Position numbers and translations under genes: made by a program
Shown: piece by piece, positions 63,474-64,000 of the stretch
How positions within the stretch are numbered: position 1 is the stretch's first letter
Layout of the letters: every line of letters starts with the position of its first letter
Origin: Styela clava
Lineage: Eukaryota
Length of the DNA: 64,000 nucleotides
Assembly (NCBI RefSeq): GCF_964204865.1
Contig: NC_135253.1
Span: forward strand, 20,832,001-20,896,000
Direction: 5' to 3'
The notes under the pieces: model-generated
Database searches by the model: none
What the model was told of the DNA's origin: nothing
Seen by the model: the letters and a program-made list of their open reading frames with translations, nothing else

Positions 63474-64000
63474 CTAAAGCAAAGAATATTATATTTCAAT
63501 GTTCGTGTTTGGTATATATAACAGAATTTTTCGTATTTTATCAAAAATTGTTTTCTGGAATAAATATAGATTTCATGGATTTGGTGGAGGTTGTTAGTAT
63601 TTCACGGTAAATTTCAATCAGAAAACGATTTGCATGTTGGAAGTAAGACTCTGAATAGTTCAGGTTGCAGAGCCAATATTGAATAATGTTCTATACCAAA
63701 AATATTGAATTTGTATTAATAGTTTCAGAATTATCAGTCTCGATTCTGTAATCGATTCTGTTTCTACTGAGACAAAAGACTCTAATACGTAGCTGCTATA
63801 GTTTTACGAGAGATAAATCGGCATCAAATCAGTCAGTAAGTAGTTTATTTTTTCACATATCGAAAGTGTAAAGTATACATACAGTTAAAAAACAATGGGA
63901 ATGTAAAATAAATTGAAACTTGAAGGTACACGCGATAAACCAGTAATGGTTACAAGGCAGTGTCGCCTATGTGAGAAAGTCTAAAATAGAATTATGCCAC

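Noticed and set aside
63540-63570. Second acceptor-like site (ttattccag|aaaacaatt) resembling the true gene 2 acceptor
   Set aside because: It leads to TGA within four codons in the required phase.

Overview
AT-rich eukaryotic (animal) genomic DNA with GT-AG introns and many short non-autonomous DNA transposons. The overall style suggests an ascidian/tunicate, but that is an impression and cannot be shown from the sequence. Nearly all ORFs in the supplied track are spurious. I can support two protein-coding genes. Gene 1 is complete, on the + strand, with 6 coding exons (29971-35352, 454 aa by my splice reconstruction). Gene 2 is the 3' end of a clear paralog on the - strand (exons 63473-63342 and 62409-61940; the rest lies beyond the window). 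The two are tail-to-tail, about 26.6 kb apart. The protein is a predicted 7-TM membrane protein with TDY, GGxxH and FNHNALMH (HxxxH) motifs. These resemble CREST-superfamily metal-binding membrane proteins (alkaline ceramidase/PAQR/Per1/SID-1/TMEM8) and, from memory, the largely bacterial DUF6962 family. It also has a long TM5-TM6 loop and a C-tail with conserved tyrosine motifs (ITSM/ITIM-like in gene 1) and a terminal PDZ-type motif. The rest of the window holds GG-terminated MITEs with 8-9 bp TSDs (Merlin-like), several hAT MITEs including an internally deleted SPIN/Charlie-type element, fold-back repeats, old minisatellites and local tandem duplications (about 3 kb at 46.2-52.4 kb). No rRNA, tRNA or CRISPR was found.
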